From: a virus
Lineage: Duplodnaviria; Caudoviricetes
DNA: 25,205 bases
IMG/VR virus record: IMGVR_UViG_3300017912_002019
Span: 1 to 25,205 of that record
Direction: 5' to 3' (one strand)
Shown here: positions 7,872 through 16,996 of the stretch, in pieces
How positions within the stretch are numbered: position 1 is the first letter of the stretch
Layout: each line of letters starts with the position of its first letter
The notes under the pieces: generated by a model
The model's input: the letters and a program-made list of their open reading frames with translations, nothing else
What the model was told of the DNA's origin: nothing
Database searches by the model: none
Translations under genes and position numbers: made by a program

Positions 7872-8257
7872 TGCCTGTCGGACCTAATGGAGAACGTTTA
7901 CCGTATCCTGGTGAGCCGGGTTATGGTGGCAACCAGATGACTCGTGAAGAGTTGGCTATGCGTATGGCGATGGCAAACATTGGTAAGCCGATGGCGTATA
8001 CGGATGGTCGTTTGCCTGCTCCTCGTCAAATTGGTCAGTCTGTGACTGAGGGTGAGGATATGCGTCGGGAGTCGATGAATGCTCAATTGGATGCGATGAT
8101 GCGTCGTATGGCTGAGCAGCGCCGTGAGCAGAGTGCCCGGAATAGTATGCTGGAGCAGATGGGTGAGCGGGGTCAGTTGGTTCCGCAGGCCCCTGCTGCG
8201 GGTCCGCGTCCGATTGACCGCCTGTTGTCGATGCTTGGTATTGGCGGTGAGCGGTAA
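7871..8257 (+). CDS. Met/Arg-rich hypothetical protein (128 aa), possible internal virion protein
   Basis: TAATG overlaps at both ends. Low-complexity and helical; contains NAQLDAMMRRM. Confidence 0.7.
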   Translation: MPVGPNGERLPYPGEPGYGGNQMTREELAMRMAMANIGKPMAYTDGRLPAPRQIGQSVTEGEDMRRESMNAQLDAMMRRMAEQRREQSARNSMLEQMGERGQLVPQAPAAGPRPIDRLLSMLGIGGER

Positions 8258-9078
8258 TGGCACTTTATTTTGAGCGGCAGGTTGAACGTGGCCGTAGCCC
8301 TGTTCAAGTAAGTCAGCGCCGTGGTAGTGCTGGTGCGCCAGAAAATAGGGCTCGTAAAAATGTCACTATTCCTTCTCGTGCACCTTCTCGTTCTTCTACT
8401 CCTAGTCGCAACGTTCGCTCGACGCCCTCTCCCGGTCCGTCTCCGTCTCCGTCACGTCGAGAAATTAACATTCCCAACATTCCACTAGAAGACGCTGCCT
8501 ACGGTGCACAGATAGCGTCAATTAACCGTGCATTGGCGGACTTTGAAACACAAGCACAGCGTCGTGCTGAACGGTACGGTACCGATTACTTGACTGGTGT
8601 TCGACAGATGGGTTACCGTCCCGGTACCGAGTTTGCTGCCATGCCGGATGTGTTGCAGTTGGCGACTGAAGCGGCTGCTGCTGAAGAGCCTAGTACTGCT
8701 GCTCGTACAGCGCTTGCTGCTACTGCTGAAGAACCTGCTATTGCTCCTGTCGCTGGACAGTGGGACATTGAAGGCCAGTATGACCCGTACAGTTCTGCTG
8801 CTCGTGGTACTCGTAGTTTGCGTGACGAGTTTGCTGCTCGGGGTACGTTGCGGTCTAGTGATTTTGGTACGACATTTGGTGAGTTTCAAAACCGTTTGCA
8901 ACAGCAGTTGGATGCGATGGAAACTGCTCGTACTCGGTTTGGTGAGGACATTATTACTGAAATTATGGGTCAGCGTACGGAAGCTGAGGAGCGTCGTGAG
9001 TCGGCTCGTCGTCAGGCGGCTGCTCGGCAGTCTGCTGCTCGGGCTCAAGCAATTATGGAAGCGTTGGCAGGTGGATAA
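8257..9078 (+). CDS. Putative internal virion / ejection protein (273 aa)
   Basis: Arg/Ser/Pro-rich N-terminus, Ala-rich helical remainder, 'FAARGTLRSS' motif. Lies after the nozzle where podoviruses encode ejection proteins. Confidence 0.6.
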   Translation: MALYFERQVERGRSPVQVSQRRGSAGAPENRARKNVTIPSRAPSRSSTPSRNVRSTPSPGPSPSPSRREINIPNIPLEDAAYGAQIASINRALADFETQAQRRAERYGTDYLTGVRQMGYRPGTEFAAMPDVLQLATEAAAAEEPSTAARTALAATAEEPAIAPVAGQWDIEGQYDPYSSAARGTRSLRDEFAARGTLRSSDFGTTFGEFQNRLQQQLDAMETARTRFGEDIITEIMGQRTEAEERRESARRQAAARQSAARAQAIMEALAGG

Positions 9079-10190
9079 TGGCCGAAGTAAAAGTAGAGAC
9101 TGAGGACAGAAAAAAGTCTGACAATAAAGCTCAAGAAACTTTAGATATTTTGCGTTCGACAGGGCAGAAACCTACTGATTATGTGACGAAAAAGTACGGC
9201 GTTCCTGCTGTTCCTGTTCCGCAACCTGACTTGCCTACTATGGCTGAGCTTTTTCCTGATTCGCCCTTGCTTGCTGTTAACCAGCCTGGGTACGGGGTGC
9301 CTAGCCCCGAAGAGCAGGCGTTTCGCCGTGCACAGGCCCAGATTGGGCAAACTGAGTACGTTCCAACCCCTGTCGAAGAACCGGTTATGGAGCCTACTAC
9401 TGACTGGCTTGCTGAAGCGTTGGCTATGCAGGCACAGTATGCTCCGGACTATTCGGGTATTGCTGCTGCTTTGCAGGATGAGGGTCTTGCTATTAACGCT
9501 CAAATTCAGGCGTTGTATAACCAGCTTGCTGAGGGTGCTGAACAGAATGTTGCTCAACTTGAGGACATTTATGGTGGTGCTCGTGCAGGTGTCGGAGAAG
9601 CATACGACATTGGTACTGGGGCTACAGAGCAGGCTTACCAGTCAGCTCAACAGCAGGCTGCTGACCAGCTTGCGAGGCTTGGTATTGAAGAAGCTGCACC
9701 TCGTGTGATTGACCCGATGGCTTTGTCGCAGGCTGAAGCTCAGTCTGCTTTGGAGTCTGGTCGTTCTGCTGGTTTGGCGGGTGTGGCGCGTTCTGGTGCT
9801 ACTGCTCAGGATTTTGCTTCGCAGATGGCGCAGGTTGGTCAAATGCAGGGTGCTGAATATCAGCGTTCGGTGGCGGACCAGTTGCGTCGACAGTTGTTAG
9901 GGCTTGAGTTGCAGGCTCAGCAGGGTGCGTATCAGCGTGCGTTGCAGGCTCCTGGCCTGGCGCAGGATTTGTATGCTGCTAGCCAGTTGGGTCAGCCGCA
10001 GGGATTGTCGTTTGAACAACAGTTGGAGCTTGATAGGTTTGCTTATCAGCAAGCTCAGGATGCTGCTGAGATTCAAATGCAGCTTGACCAGCGTGATTCT
10101 GAACGTTACACTCAGCTGTTTGACCAGCTTGGTGACGCACAAAAAGCCCTAGAACAGCTAGAATATGAAAGAGCACAGGGTCTTATCTAG
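9078..10190 (+). CDS. Putative internal virion / ejection protein (370 aa)
   Basis: Ala/Gln-rich coiled-coil composition, TAATG coupled, precedes the giant ORF. Confidence 0.6.
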   Translation: MAEVKVETEDRKKSDNKAQETLDILRSTGQKPTDYVTKKYGVPAVPVPQPDLPTMAELFPDSPLLAVNQPGYGVPSPEEQAFRRAQAQIGQTEYVPTPVEEPVMEPTTDWLAEALAMQAQYAPDYSGIAAALQDEGLAINAQIQALYNQLAEGAEQNVAQLEDIYGGARAGVGEAYDIGTGATEQAYQSAQQQAADQLARLGIEEAAPRVIDPMALSQAEAQSALESGRSAGLAGVARSGATAQDFASQMAQVGQMQGAEYQRSVADQLRRQLLGLELQAQQGAYQRALQAPGLAQDLYAASQLGQPQGLSFEQQLELDRFAYQQAQDAAEIQMQLDQRDSERYTQLFDQLGDAQKALEQLEYERAQGLI

Positions 10191-10202
10191 TTAGGGGCAG
10201 TT

Positions 10203-13200
10203 GTGGCAGAAAAGCCTACTGATTCGTTTGTCTCTGACTATATTAAAAAGCAGAGGGAAATTTACCGGCAACAACTTATGCCGGAGCAGGATGTTGCTGT
10301 TGACAGAAATGTCACACCTCCGACACCGCCTGAGCCCGAGGTTGGCCCGCTTGGTAAAGTAATAGATTTTATTAGCCGACCCTTGTATGCGGTTACTAAC
10401 GTTGCCGACAAGGTGTTGGACATTCCTGAAGCTTTTGACAGGGCGCAGCAACTTGAAGCTTCTGGCCAGTCAGGTGCTGGTGAAGCACTTAAGAGTTTTG
10501 GCGCTGTCGCGGCTGCCCCGTTTACTGGTTTCTTTTCGACTAAACGTGAAGATAAAAACTTTTTTTCGGACATTATTGAAAAAGCGTCTGATGTGTCGAA
10601 CCGCAAAGACCCGCTTTACAAAGATGTTCCGGATAACGTGGACCCACGTGTTAAGGGTGTTGCTGGTTTTGCTGGTGATGTGTTGTTTGACCCGTTGACG
10701 TGGGTGCCTGCTGCGTGGATTGCTAAGGGCGTGCAGTTGGGGGGCCGCGGTCTTAAAGCTGCGTCGGGTGGTGCTAAGGCTGTTACTGAGGATTTGAAGC
10801 GTACGGCTCGGACTGCTCGTGAGGCTGAGGAGGCAAATGTTGCAGGTCGTGCTGTTGATAACGCTACTGAGGCAGCTCGGGGTTCGGCTGTTGTTGAGGA
10901 TGTAATAGCTCCCGCTCAGGCTACTCGAAAGGTGGCTGACACGATTGCTGATGCTGTCAAGAATAAGCAAATTCCTAAGGAAGTAGCTACTGCGTCTGCG
11001 CTTCGTGAAGTTGTTAATAACGCAAAAATTATGAAACGCGGTCGTGACGTTAGCTTGTCAAACCAACTTTCAAAACAATTAGAAAAGCTAGCTAATCAAA
11101 CTGTTGACGATTTAAACATTCCTGTTCCTGGTCGTGAGCTTTCTCGTGACGAGTGGCTTGTTGAATTTATGTCTGTAAGTGACGAGGGGCTTAGCAACAT
11201 TCCTATAGCGGCTGAGCGTGTTGGTGGTGTCAAACTTAAAGAACAAACGCTTGCTGGTGTTAATCAGGTTGTTCGTCGACTTGAAGAACAGGGCAAAATG
11301 ACAAGTAAAGTCGACCAGGAAATCAATGACATTATTGAGCCTTATTATCAACAGTTTGTTAAAGAAGTTCGTAATAATCCTGGCGTGAGTTTGTTGGGCG
11401 AATTGCGTAGCTCAACAAACACTGAGATTAGTGGTTTTGCGGGCGTGGCAAGACTCATGTATTTGACTCAGCAAGAGGAAGAAAACGTACGGGCTATTTT
11501 GGGTACGCCGTTGTTTAACAATCTTAAAGAAATGGAGCCTGACGAGTTTGCTTCGTTTGTTGACCGGGCCCAAGACGCGCTGGCTCGTAATGGTGTAGTA
11601 GAAAATCTTGGCAATGTTAAACAGCACACTGCTGAGTGGAATTTGCTTAAACGATTTAACATTGATTTGCCGACGTATCGTGCTGCTCGTGCCGATTTGG
11701 AAGAGCGTATTAATCGTTTGCGTTCTGGTGTTGCGGCTAAACCTATTGATGAGGCTGCCGACACGTTAGACGAGGACCCCGATTTTGTCCGGTTTCTGAC
11801 TGCCGAACTGTCGGATACGGGTAACCAGGGGTTGGCAACACAGGCGTTAAATGCGATTAAAAACGCGACACGTAAGGTTTTGTACCGTAACTTTGATAAA
11901 GACTATTTGAAACGTACTTACAAAGTTATTAAAGAGGACGGCGAGTTGTTGTGGACGTCTGAAGAGTACGGCGAGGGTGTTGCTCGGTTGCCTAACTTGT
12001 TTGGTACGTTTCCGCAAAATGATTTGTGGACACAAATTTCGATGCGTGGGACACGATTGTTTGGCGGCATTCCAGTGAGAGACGCAAGCGGTAATATCGT
12101 TAAAGCAACCGATGGTTCAAATGTTTACCGTGTTGTGCCTACTTATATGAAAGGTAAGCGTGCTAAACGTGCCTATCAAGGGTTTGATTTAGCAAACGAA
12201 TTGGAACGTTTTGTTGTTCCTACGACACGCGCCGGTGAAGACTTTTTAGCTAACCAAGGTATTCCGCTTGTCATGGACTTTAAGTTGCCGGATGCTCAAC
12301 GTAGTATTGCTCATTTGCGTTTTAGCGACGTATGGCGAATTTTAGATATGGGTTATGACAGTGTGGCTCGTGCCAATGGTGTTAGCAGAAGCTGGCAGCA
12401 CCGGTCTTTGCAGTTGTTGTTTTTTAACACGGCTAAAACGCAAGTTGTTCGCACACATGTAGCAGATGCGATTATGCGTATGCGTCAAATGGCTGCTGCT
12501 GGCATTGACGATGTGGCAATGCGGGAAGAGCTGTTAAAAGTTGTGCGTTCGGATACGAATCGTACGGGCACACAGAAAATTGATAACTGGTTGTCTAACA
12601 CCGATGCTGAGGCCACGTTTGGGTTTAGGTTGCCTAACATGCCTAAACCGGACCTACCGGGAGTACGCTATGAACCTAAGGGTAAGACTGGCGATTATGT
12701 TATTTGGAACGCGGGTGTCGCTGCCGAAAACCTTGTCGATGCAATTATGGCAATGCGTAGCACTTTTGACGAGGTTATTGATTTGCGGGCACAACAGTAC
12801 ACGGCCCGTGCAGTAACAGAGTATTCGACGGTTGCTCCTGAAATTGCTCGGCAGTTTTCTCGTATGTATCAGGACCCGTTAGCTGCGGCTGCTGCTATTC
12901 GGGCAACAAATAAAGCGGACACTGTAGTGTCTGATTATATTCGTAATGTAGAGGGCACTGAGCTTGCTGCCGTATTTACTGATGGCGCTGTGTCGGGCGT
13001 TATTCCGACAGCAGTGAAAAATGCTGCTCGTTCCGGCGAGGACATTGCTGATGCTGCGGGCAAGTCTAAAAAAGCACAGGATGCTGCTCGGACTAAAGCT
13101 GTTAACCGCGACCAAAAACTTGACAAGCAAATTGAGCAAGAAGGCCAAGAAGCTGCTGATTACATTCTTGGTAACCCCTCTCAGTTTGGTCCAGAAGACC

Positions 13201-15509
13201 TTGAAGCAGCTCAACAACTTAAAGCATTTGACATCAGTAACCCGTTTAAATTTCCTGATGGTTATTCGCAGATGCAAATTAGTCGGGAACGTGTCATGTC
13301 TGCGTTTAGTGCAACATACGGTATGGACCCGCGCAACCGCTTGTCGGCCTCTATTGGCATGAAGTCAGTTGGGGTTAGGTTGCGTCGTTTTGCTGACCAG
13401 TTAAACCGCGACATCAATGAAAACATTTTGCAACGTCCTGAGTTTAACCAGCTTGTTGATGGTGAGACAACAATGCTTCAAGCGGGAATGCGACTTGTTC
13501 AAAACGGTGCAGAAGCTGGAGAAAATGCAACTTTGGCATCTGCTCGTGCCGCTATTGCCGCCCAAGTTGGCAAAGTGTTTAACGCTGATGGTGAGTTTAT
13601 TAACACTATTGTTGGTACTTCCTTTGTGCGGTCAGGTGCTGGCATTGATGAATTAAACGGTTTAATGTTTAAACACGCACCGCTTGGTAAAAATGCTGAC
13701 GAGACGGCTAGGTTACCTGAAGCGGGCGAGTTTTTTGACATGAATCTTGCGGCTAAAGATGCCCCACGGTTTGTAGACGCCGCAAAGCAAGCTATTCCTG
13801 GTGGCAGTGCTGATGAAATTCAAGCTACTGCTCGAATGATGGCTGCTTTGGAACAGTGGAAAACGTGGGATATTGAAAACGTTGGACATTTCCTTGCGTC
13901 GACACAAAGCGCTTTGTATGAGCTGTCAACCAAGTCAGCGTTTATTGACAACTTTTTCGCAAATGCTAAACGACTTGGGCTTGCAACAGCTGACCCTAAA
14001 ACTGCAAACGCCCGGGGCTTTGTCAAAGTCACTTCTGATGGCGCTTCGTATTTTGGTCGTATGTTGCCACAAAATATGTATTTAGCTCCCGAGGTGGCAG
14101 AAACTTTCCAAGCCGCTGACATTAGTATGCGTACAAGTCGCAGATTAAAAGGTGGTTTGGGAGACTTTACCAATACGTATCTTGACCCGTTACTTAACAA
14201 GTGGAAGCAGACTGTTACGATTTTCCGTACCGGTCACCACATTCGTAACTTTATTGGTGGGCATTCGCTACGGTATTTTGCGTTGGGAACAAGTAAATTT
14301 AACGAGGCGTTCACTAAAGCAAATCAGTTACTTGCTTCGCGTAAATCGTACACAGATGTCGACATGTGGGCTAGCCTGCGTGGAGACAACGTTGCTGCGT
14401 TTGGTGATACTGACACAATTGTGTCGGGCAGCAAATTTAAGTTAACAGCTGCGGATGCTTACGATGACGTTAACAATAACTTGTTTGATGTGGGTCGCAT
14501 TGCAGAAGACTTGTTAACTGCAGAAATTCAAGAATCTGGTTTTTCACGCGGTGTCGATGTTGCCGGAACTCTTGTTACGTTTGGCTTGGCTAAGCCTGGC
14601 GGGACTGTTGAAAAGCTTGCGTTGACTGCTTCTGAATATGTAGAGCATCAAGCACGTGCTTCTCATTACATTCAAGCAATGATGCAGATGGCTGATGGTA
14701 AAGCTATTTCAACGGGTATTGGAAAGCTACGTAAGCCAAAAAATTTGCAGGAAGCTCGACAGTTGGCGATTGAAAGTGCGCTTAAGTCTCACCCAAACGC
14801 TGCCAGCATGACAGCGTTTGAGTCTAAATACATGCGCCGTATTTTCCCGTTTTATTCGTGGTTTAAACCGGCAACTGTCGCACTTGTCGAGGCAAGCGTA
14901 ATGCACCCAGCAAGAACGCTAACAACTATTCCTAAAGCTAGCTACAACCTTGGTATAGCAATGGGCATTGACCCATATTCTGTGTACTACCCGTTCCCGA
15001 CAGACCAAATGTTTCCGTCGTTTTTAACTGAGGAAGGTACGGGTCCACAGTTTGATATTGCTGGTCGTTACATTTCAATTCAACCCGGGTTTGCCAACCT
15101 TGATATCTACAATACATTTGCTGGGGGACCTGTCGAGGGCGCAATTCAAATGATTAACCCGTATGCACGTGTTCCAATGGAACTGCTAGCAGGTTCGCGT
15201 CTTGGAACTCAAGCACCTATTCGTGACTTTAGTGACTATATTGACTCGTCAATTCCAGGAGTCAATTACATGTCCAACATTACTGGGCGTAGTATTACTG
15301 GTGGATTGCAGCCACAAGAACAAGTTAGCCGAGGAGTTAAAACCGAGTTTGACCAAGCTCTTAGTGCTTTCAACTGGTTAACTGGTTTGAGTGCTCGTAA
15401 CTACAGTAGACCCAACTACATCAACTATGCTGAAATAGAAGAACGTAACCGTCGGGCTGAAGAACTAAACCAAAGCCAAAGTATTGTTGACAGATTGCTA
15501 GGTAAATAG
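10203..15509 (+). CDS. Large internal virion / DNA ejection protein (1768 aa)
   Basis: GTG start with AGGGG SD. N-terminal 'GVAGFAGDVLFDPLTWVP' and C-terminal 'GHHIRNFIG', 'FESKYMRRIFPFYSW', 'INPYARVPMELLAG' resemble large podovirus ejection proteins. Position equivalent to T7 gp16. Confidence 0.7.
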   Translation: MAEKPTDSFVSDYIKKQREIYRQQLMPEQDVAVDRNVTPPTPPEPEVGPLGKVIDFISRPLYAVTNVADKVLDIPEAFDRAQQLEASGQSGAGEALKSFGAVAAAPFTGFFSTKREDKNFFSDIIEKASDVSNRKDPLYKDVPDNVDPRVKGVAGFAGDVLFDPLTWVPAAWIAKGVQLGGRGLKAASGGAKAVTEDLKRTARTAREAEEANVAGRAVDNATEAARGSAVVEDVIAPAQATRKVADTIADAVKNKQIPKEVATASALREVVNNAKIMKRGRDVSLSNQLSKQLEKLANQTVDDLNIPVPGRELSRDEWLVEFMSVSDEGLSNIPIAAERVGGVKLKEQTLAGVNQVVRRLEEQGKMTSKVDQEINDIIEPYYQQFVKEVRNNPGVSLLGELRSSTNTEISGFAGVARLMYLTQQEEENVRAILGTPLFNNLKEMEPDEFASFVDRAQDALARNGVVENLGNVKQHTAEWNLLKRFNIDLPTYRAARADLEERINRLRSGVAAKPIDEAADTLDEDPDFVRFLTAELSDTGNQGLATQALNAIKNATRKVLYRNFDKDYLKRTYKVIKEDGELLWTSEEYGEGVARLPNLFGTFPQNDLWTQISMRGTRLFGGIPVRDASGNIVKATDGSNVYRVVPTYMKGKRAKRAYQGFDLANELERFVVPTTRAGEDFLANQGIPLVMDFKLPDAQRSIAHLRFSDVWRILDMGYDSVARANGVSRSWQHRSLQLLFFNTAKTQVVRTHVADAIMRMRQMAAAGIDDVAMREELLKVVRSDTNRTGTQKIDNWLSNTDAEATFGFRLPNMPKPDLPGVRYEPKGKTGDYVIWNAGVAAENLVDAIMAMRSTFDEVIDLRAQQYTARAVTEYSTVAPEIARQFSRMYQDPLAAAAAIRATNKADTVVSDYIRNVEGTELAAVFTDGAVSGVIPTAVKNAARSGEDIADAAGKSKKAQDAARTKAVNRDQKLDKQIEQEGQEAADYILGNPSQFGPEDLEAAQQLKAFDISNPFKFPDGYSQMQISRERVMSAFSATYGMDPRNRLSASIGMKSVGVRLRRFADQLNRDINENILQRPEFNQLVDGETTMLQAGMRLVQNGAEAGENATLASARAAIAAQVGKVFNADGEFINTIVGTSFVRSGAGIDELNGLMFKHAPLGKNADETARLPEAGEFFDMNLAAKDAPRFVDAAKQAIPGGSADEIQATARMMAALEQWKTWDIENVGHFLASTQSALYELSTKSAFIDNFFANAKRLGLATADPKTANARGFVKVTSDGASYFGRMLPQNMYLAPEVAETFQAADISMRTSRRLKGGLGDFTNTYLDPLLNKWKQTVTIFRTGHHIRNFIGGHSLRYFALGTSKFNEAFTKANQLLASRKSYTDVDMWASLRGDNVAAFGDTDTIVSGSKFKLTAADAYDDVNNNLFDVGRIAEDLLTAEIQESGFSRGVDVAGTLVTFGLAKPGGTVEKLALTASEYVEHQARASHYIQAMMQMADGKAISTGIGKLRKPKNLQEARQLAIESALKSHPNAASMTAFESKYMRRIFPFYSWFKPATVALVEASVMHPARTLTTIPKASYNLGIAMGIDPYSVYYPFPTDQMFPSFLTEEGTGPQFDIAGRYISIQPGFANLDIYNTFAGGPVEGAIQMINPYARVPMELLAGSRLGTQAPIRDFSDYIDSSIPGVNYMSNITGRSITGGLQPQEQVSRGVKTEFDQALSAFNWLTGLSARNYSRPNYINYAEIEERNRRAEELNQSQSIVDRLLGK

Positions 15510-15510
15510 C

Positions 15511-16269
15511 ATGAGCATGACAAATTCTTTTTTGCCCTCTCGCCGTAACCCACGCGAGGTTGCTCAACAGTTCCAACGCACTGACCCAACGTTAAATCCC
15601 CAGCTGCAACAGCAAGCCCAGCGTACAATGAGTCCGCAGATTCAACCTGTTTTTACCAGCGTCCCCCAGCAACCAATGAGTGTAATGGAGCGTCCTTTTG
15701 AAGATACCGAATGGGTGGAGCAAGAGCAGGAACAAATTGCTGCAGAGCGTAATCGCGCTTTACGGTCTTGGGAAGGCGCTGTTGAGGCCGCTCTTCAAAG
15801 ACAACAACCCCAAACCCAGCAACAGCTTGGAGCTGGATATCAGCAACCTGCTCAGCAAGGACAGAACGTACCTAACTATGATTCCGACAGCGATTTGTCG
15901 CCTGGAAGACAGCGAATTCTCTCTGGAGCTTCACAGTACGCTGACGCTCCCTATCAACTCGGTGGAAGAACAGCTACTGGAATCGACTGTTCTGGTCTTG
16001 TTATGTCTGTATATAATCAACTTGGATTTGATATACGAAGCCACTCAGTTAGCGGACAGGCTCGAAGTATCCCCGGAGTCAAAACTGACTATCGAAACTT
16101 ACGTCCAGGCGACCTGGTAATCTGGAATGACAATAGTCATATCGCCATTTATGCTGGCGATGGGATGATTTGGGATTCTTCGAGAAGTAAAGGTACGACA
16201 TTGCGTAAAATGTGGGCTCGTCCAAGCCAAGTGTATGGTTTGGCTTTACGTTTGCCTGGGGACATGTAA
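15511..16269 (+). CDS. NlpC/P60 peptidoglycan endopeptidase with Gln-rich N-terminal extension
   Basis: 'PYQLGG...GIDCSGLVMSVY...LRPGDLVIW...HIAIYAGDGMIWD' gives the NlpC/P60 Cys-His-polar triad. Confidence 0.9.
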   Translation: MSMTNSFLPSRRNPREVAQQFQRTDPTLNPQLQQQAQRTMSPQIQPVFTSVPQQPMSVMERPFEDTEWVEQEQEQIAAERNRALRSWEGAVEAALQRQQPQTQQQLGAGYQQPAQQGQNVPNYDSDSDLSPGRQRILSGASQYADAPYQLGGRTATGIDCSGLVMSVYNQLGFDIRSHSVSGQARSIPGVKTDYRNLRPGDLVIWNDNSHIAIYAGDGMIWDSSRSKGTTLRKMWARPSQVYGLALRLPGDM

Positions 16270-16544
16270 TGACTAATCAGCAAGCGACGCAGTTTTTAAC
16301 TGACTACGGCCCACTTATTTGGACCGTTTTCCTTTTTGTCGGCATTGTTGCAGCGTTAGTTAAAGTGTGGCCGTTTATTTCTCGTGTGGTTAAGGTGATT
16401 GATATTATTTCTGAGCTTCCTGCCCGTCTTGACAAGATTGAACAGCGTCTTGAAAACGTGGAGCATGAAGTGCGAACCAATGGAGGTTCAAGCATTAAAG
16501 ATGCGGTGAAACGCATCGAGGAGCATCTTTACAATTTAAAATAA
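16269..16544 (+). CDS. Small membrane protein (holin-like / actinophage lysis-cassette protein), 91 aa
   Basis: Start reassigned to ATG 16269 (TAATG overlap). One hydrophobic helix 'LIWTVFLFVGIVAALVKVWPFI', a coiled coil and the 'NGGSSIKDAVKRIE' motif common in actinophage membrane proteins. Confidence 0.7.
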   Translation: MTNQQATQFLTDYGPLIWTVFLFVGIVAALVKVWPFISRVVKVIDIISELPARLDKIEQRLENVEHEVRTNGGSSIKDAVKRIEEHLYNLK

Positions 16545-16577
16545 AGCACCCTCAGCTAGGACGGCAACTGAGGGTGC
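16535..16577 (-). terminator. Intrinsic terminator at the convergence of the two arms
   Basis: GCACCCTCAG (16546-16555) ... CTGAGGGTGC (16568-16577). On the minus strand it is followed by TTTATTTT. May also act on the plus strand without a U tract. Confidence 0.8.
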
Positions 16578-16588
16578 AGTAAATCCTA

Positions 16589-16996
16589 TCACATTTTAGG
16601 CTTCAACAGCCCCTTTGTTTCAAAGTAATAGTAGCCGTGGTTGTAGGCATCTACGTCGTGTGTGTCGGCGTGCCGACTGGGCGGTTGTACTCCAGAGTGG
16701 AGTGCTGCGATGGTAAGAATGTTGGGTTGTTGTAATACAAAGCTTGCTCCGACTCTGTGTGCATACGCACGCAAAGCGCCAAGTGCTTGTACGGCGACAA
16801 ACCGCGAACCGGTTTGAGCCATTTGTTTACCTTGTCGTAACCGATAGTCTTCGCATACGACAGTGGCGACATCGTTGAGTGTTTCTAGCCTGTCGACAAG
16901 TTCATCAAAAGTGAGCATTTCTTTTTCGACAAACTCGCCTTTGTTTGACCAGTAGGCGATACCTGTCGTGTCTCCCGGGTCGACGCTGATTACCAT
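16589..16996 (-). CDS. RuvC-like Holliday junction resolvase
   Basis: 135 aa. 'VISVDPGDTTGIAY', 'VVCEDY' and 'HDVDAYNHG' match the RNase H-fold RuvC catalytic pattern as in actinophage resolvases. Confidence 0.8.
   Translation of the reverse strand: MVISVDPGDTTGIAYWSNKGEFVEKEMLTFDELVDRLETLNDVATVVCEDYRLRQGKQMAQTGSRFVAVQALGALRAYAHRVGASFVLQQPNILTIAALHSGVQPPSRHADTHDVDAYNHGYYYFETKGLLKPKM

Noticed and set aside
8380-8456. CCGTCT-type short tandem repeats
   Set aside because: Encode a Pro-Ser/Arg-Ser low-complexity linker; not an array or contingency locus.
10203-15509. Virion RNA polymerase (N4- or crAss-like) identity for the giant ORF
   Set aside because: No DxDGD or single-subunit RNAP motifs found by eye; terminal motifs fit ejection proteins.
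16212-16268. Longer GTG start for the membrane protein given in the ORF track
   Set aside because: Overlaps the NlpC/P60 gene by 58 nt; ATG 16269 with TAATG coupling fits the local pattern better.
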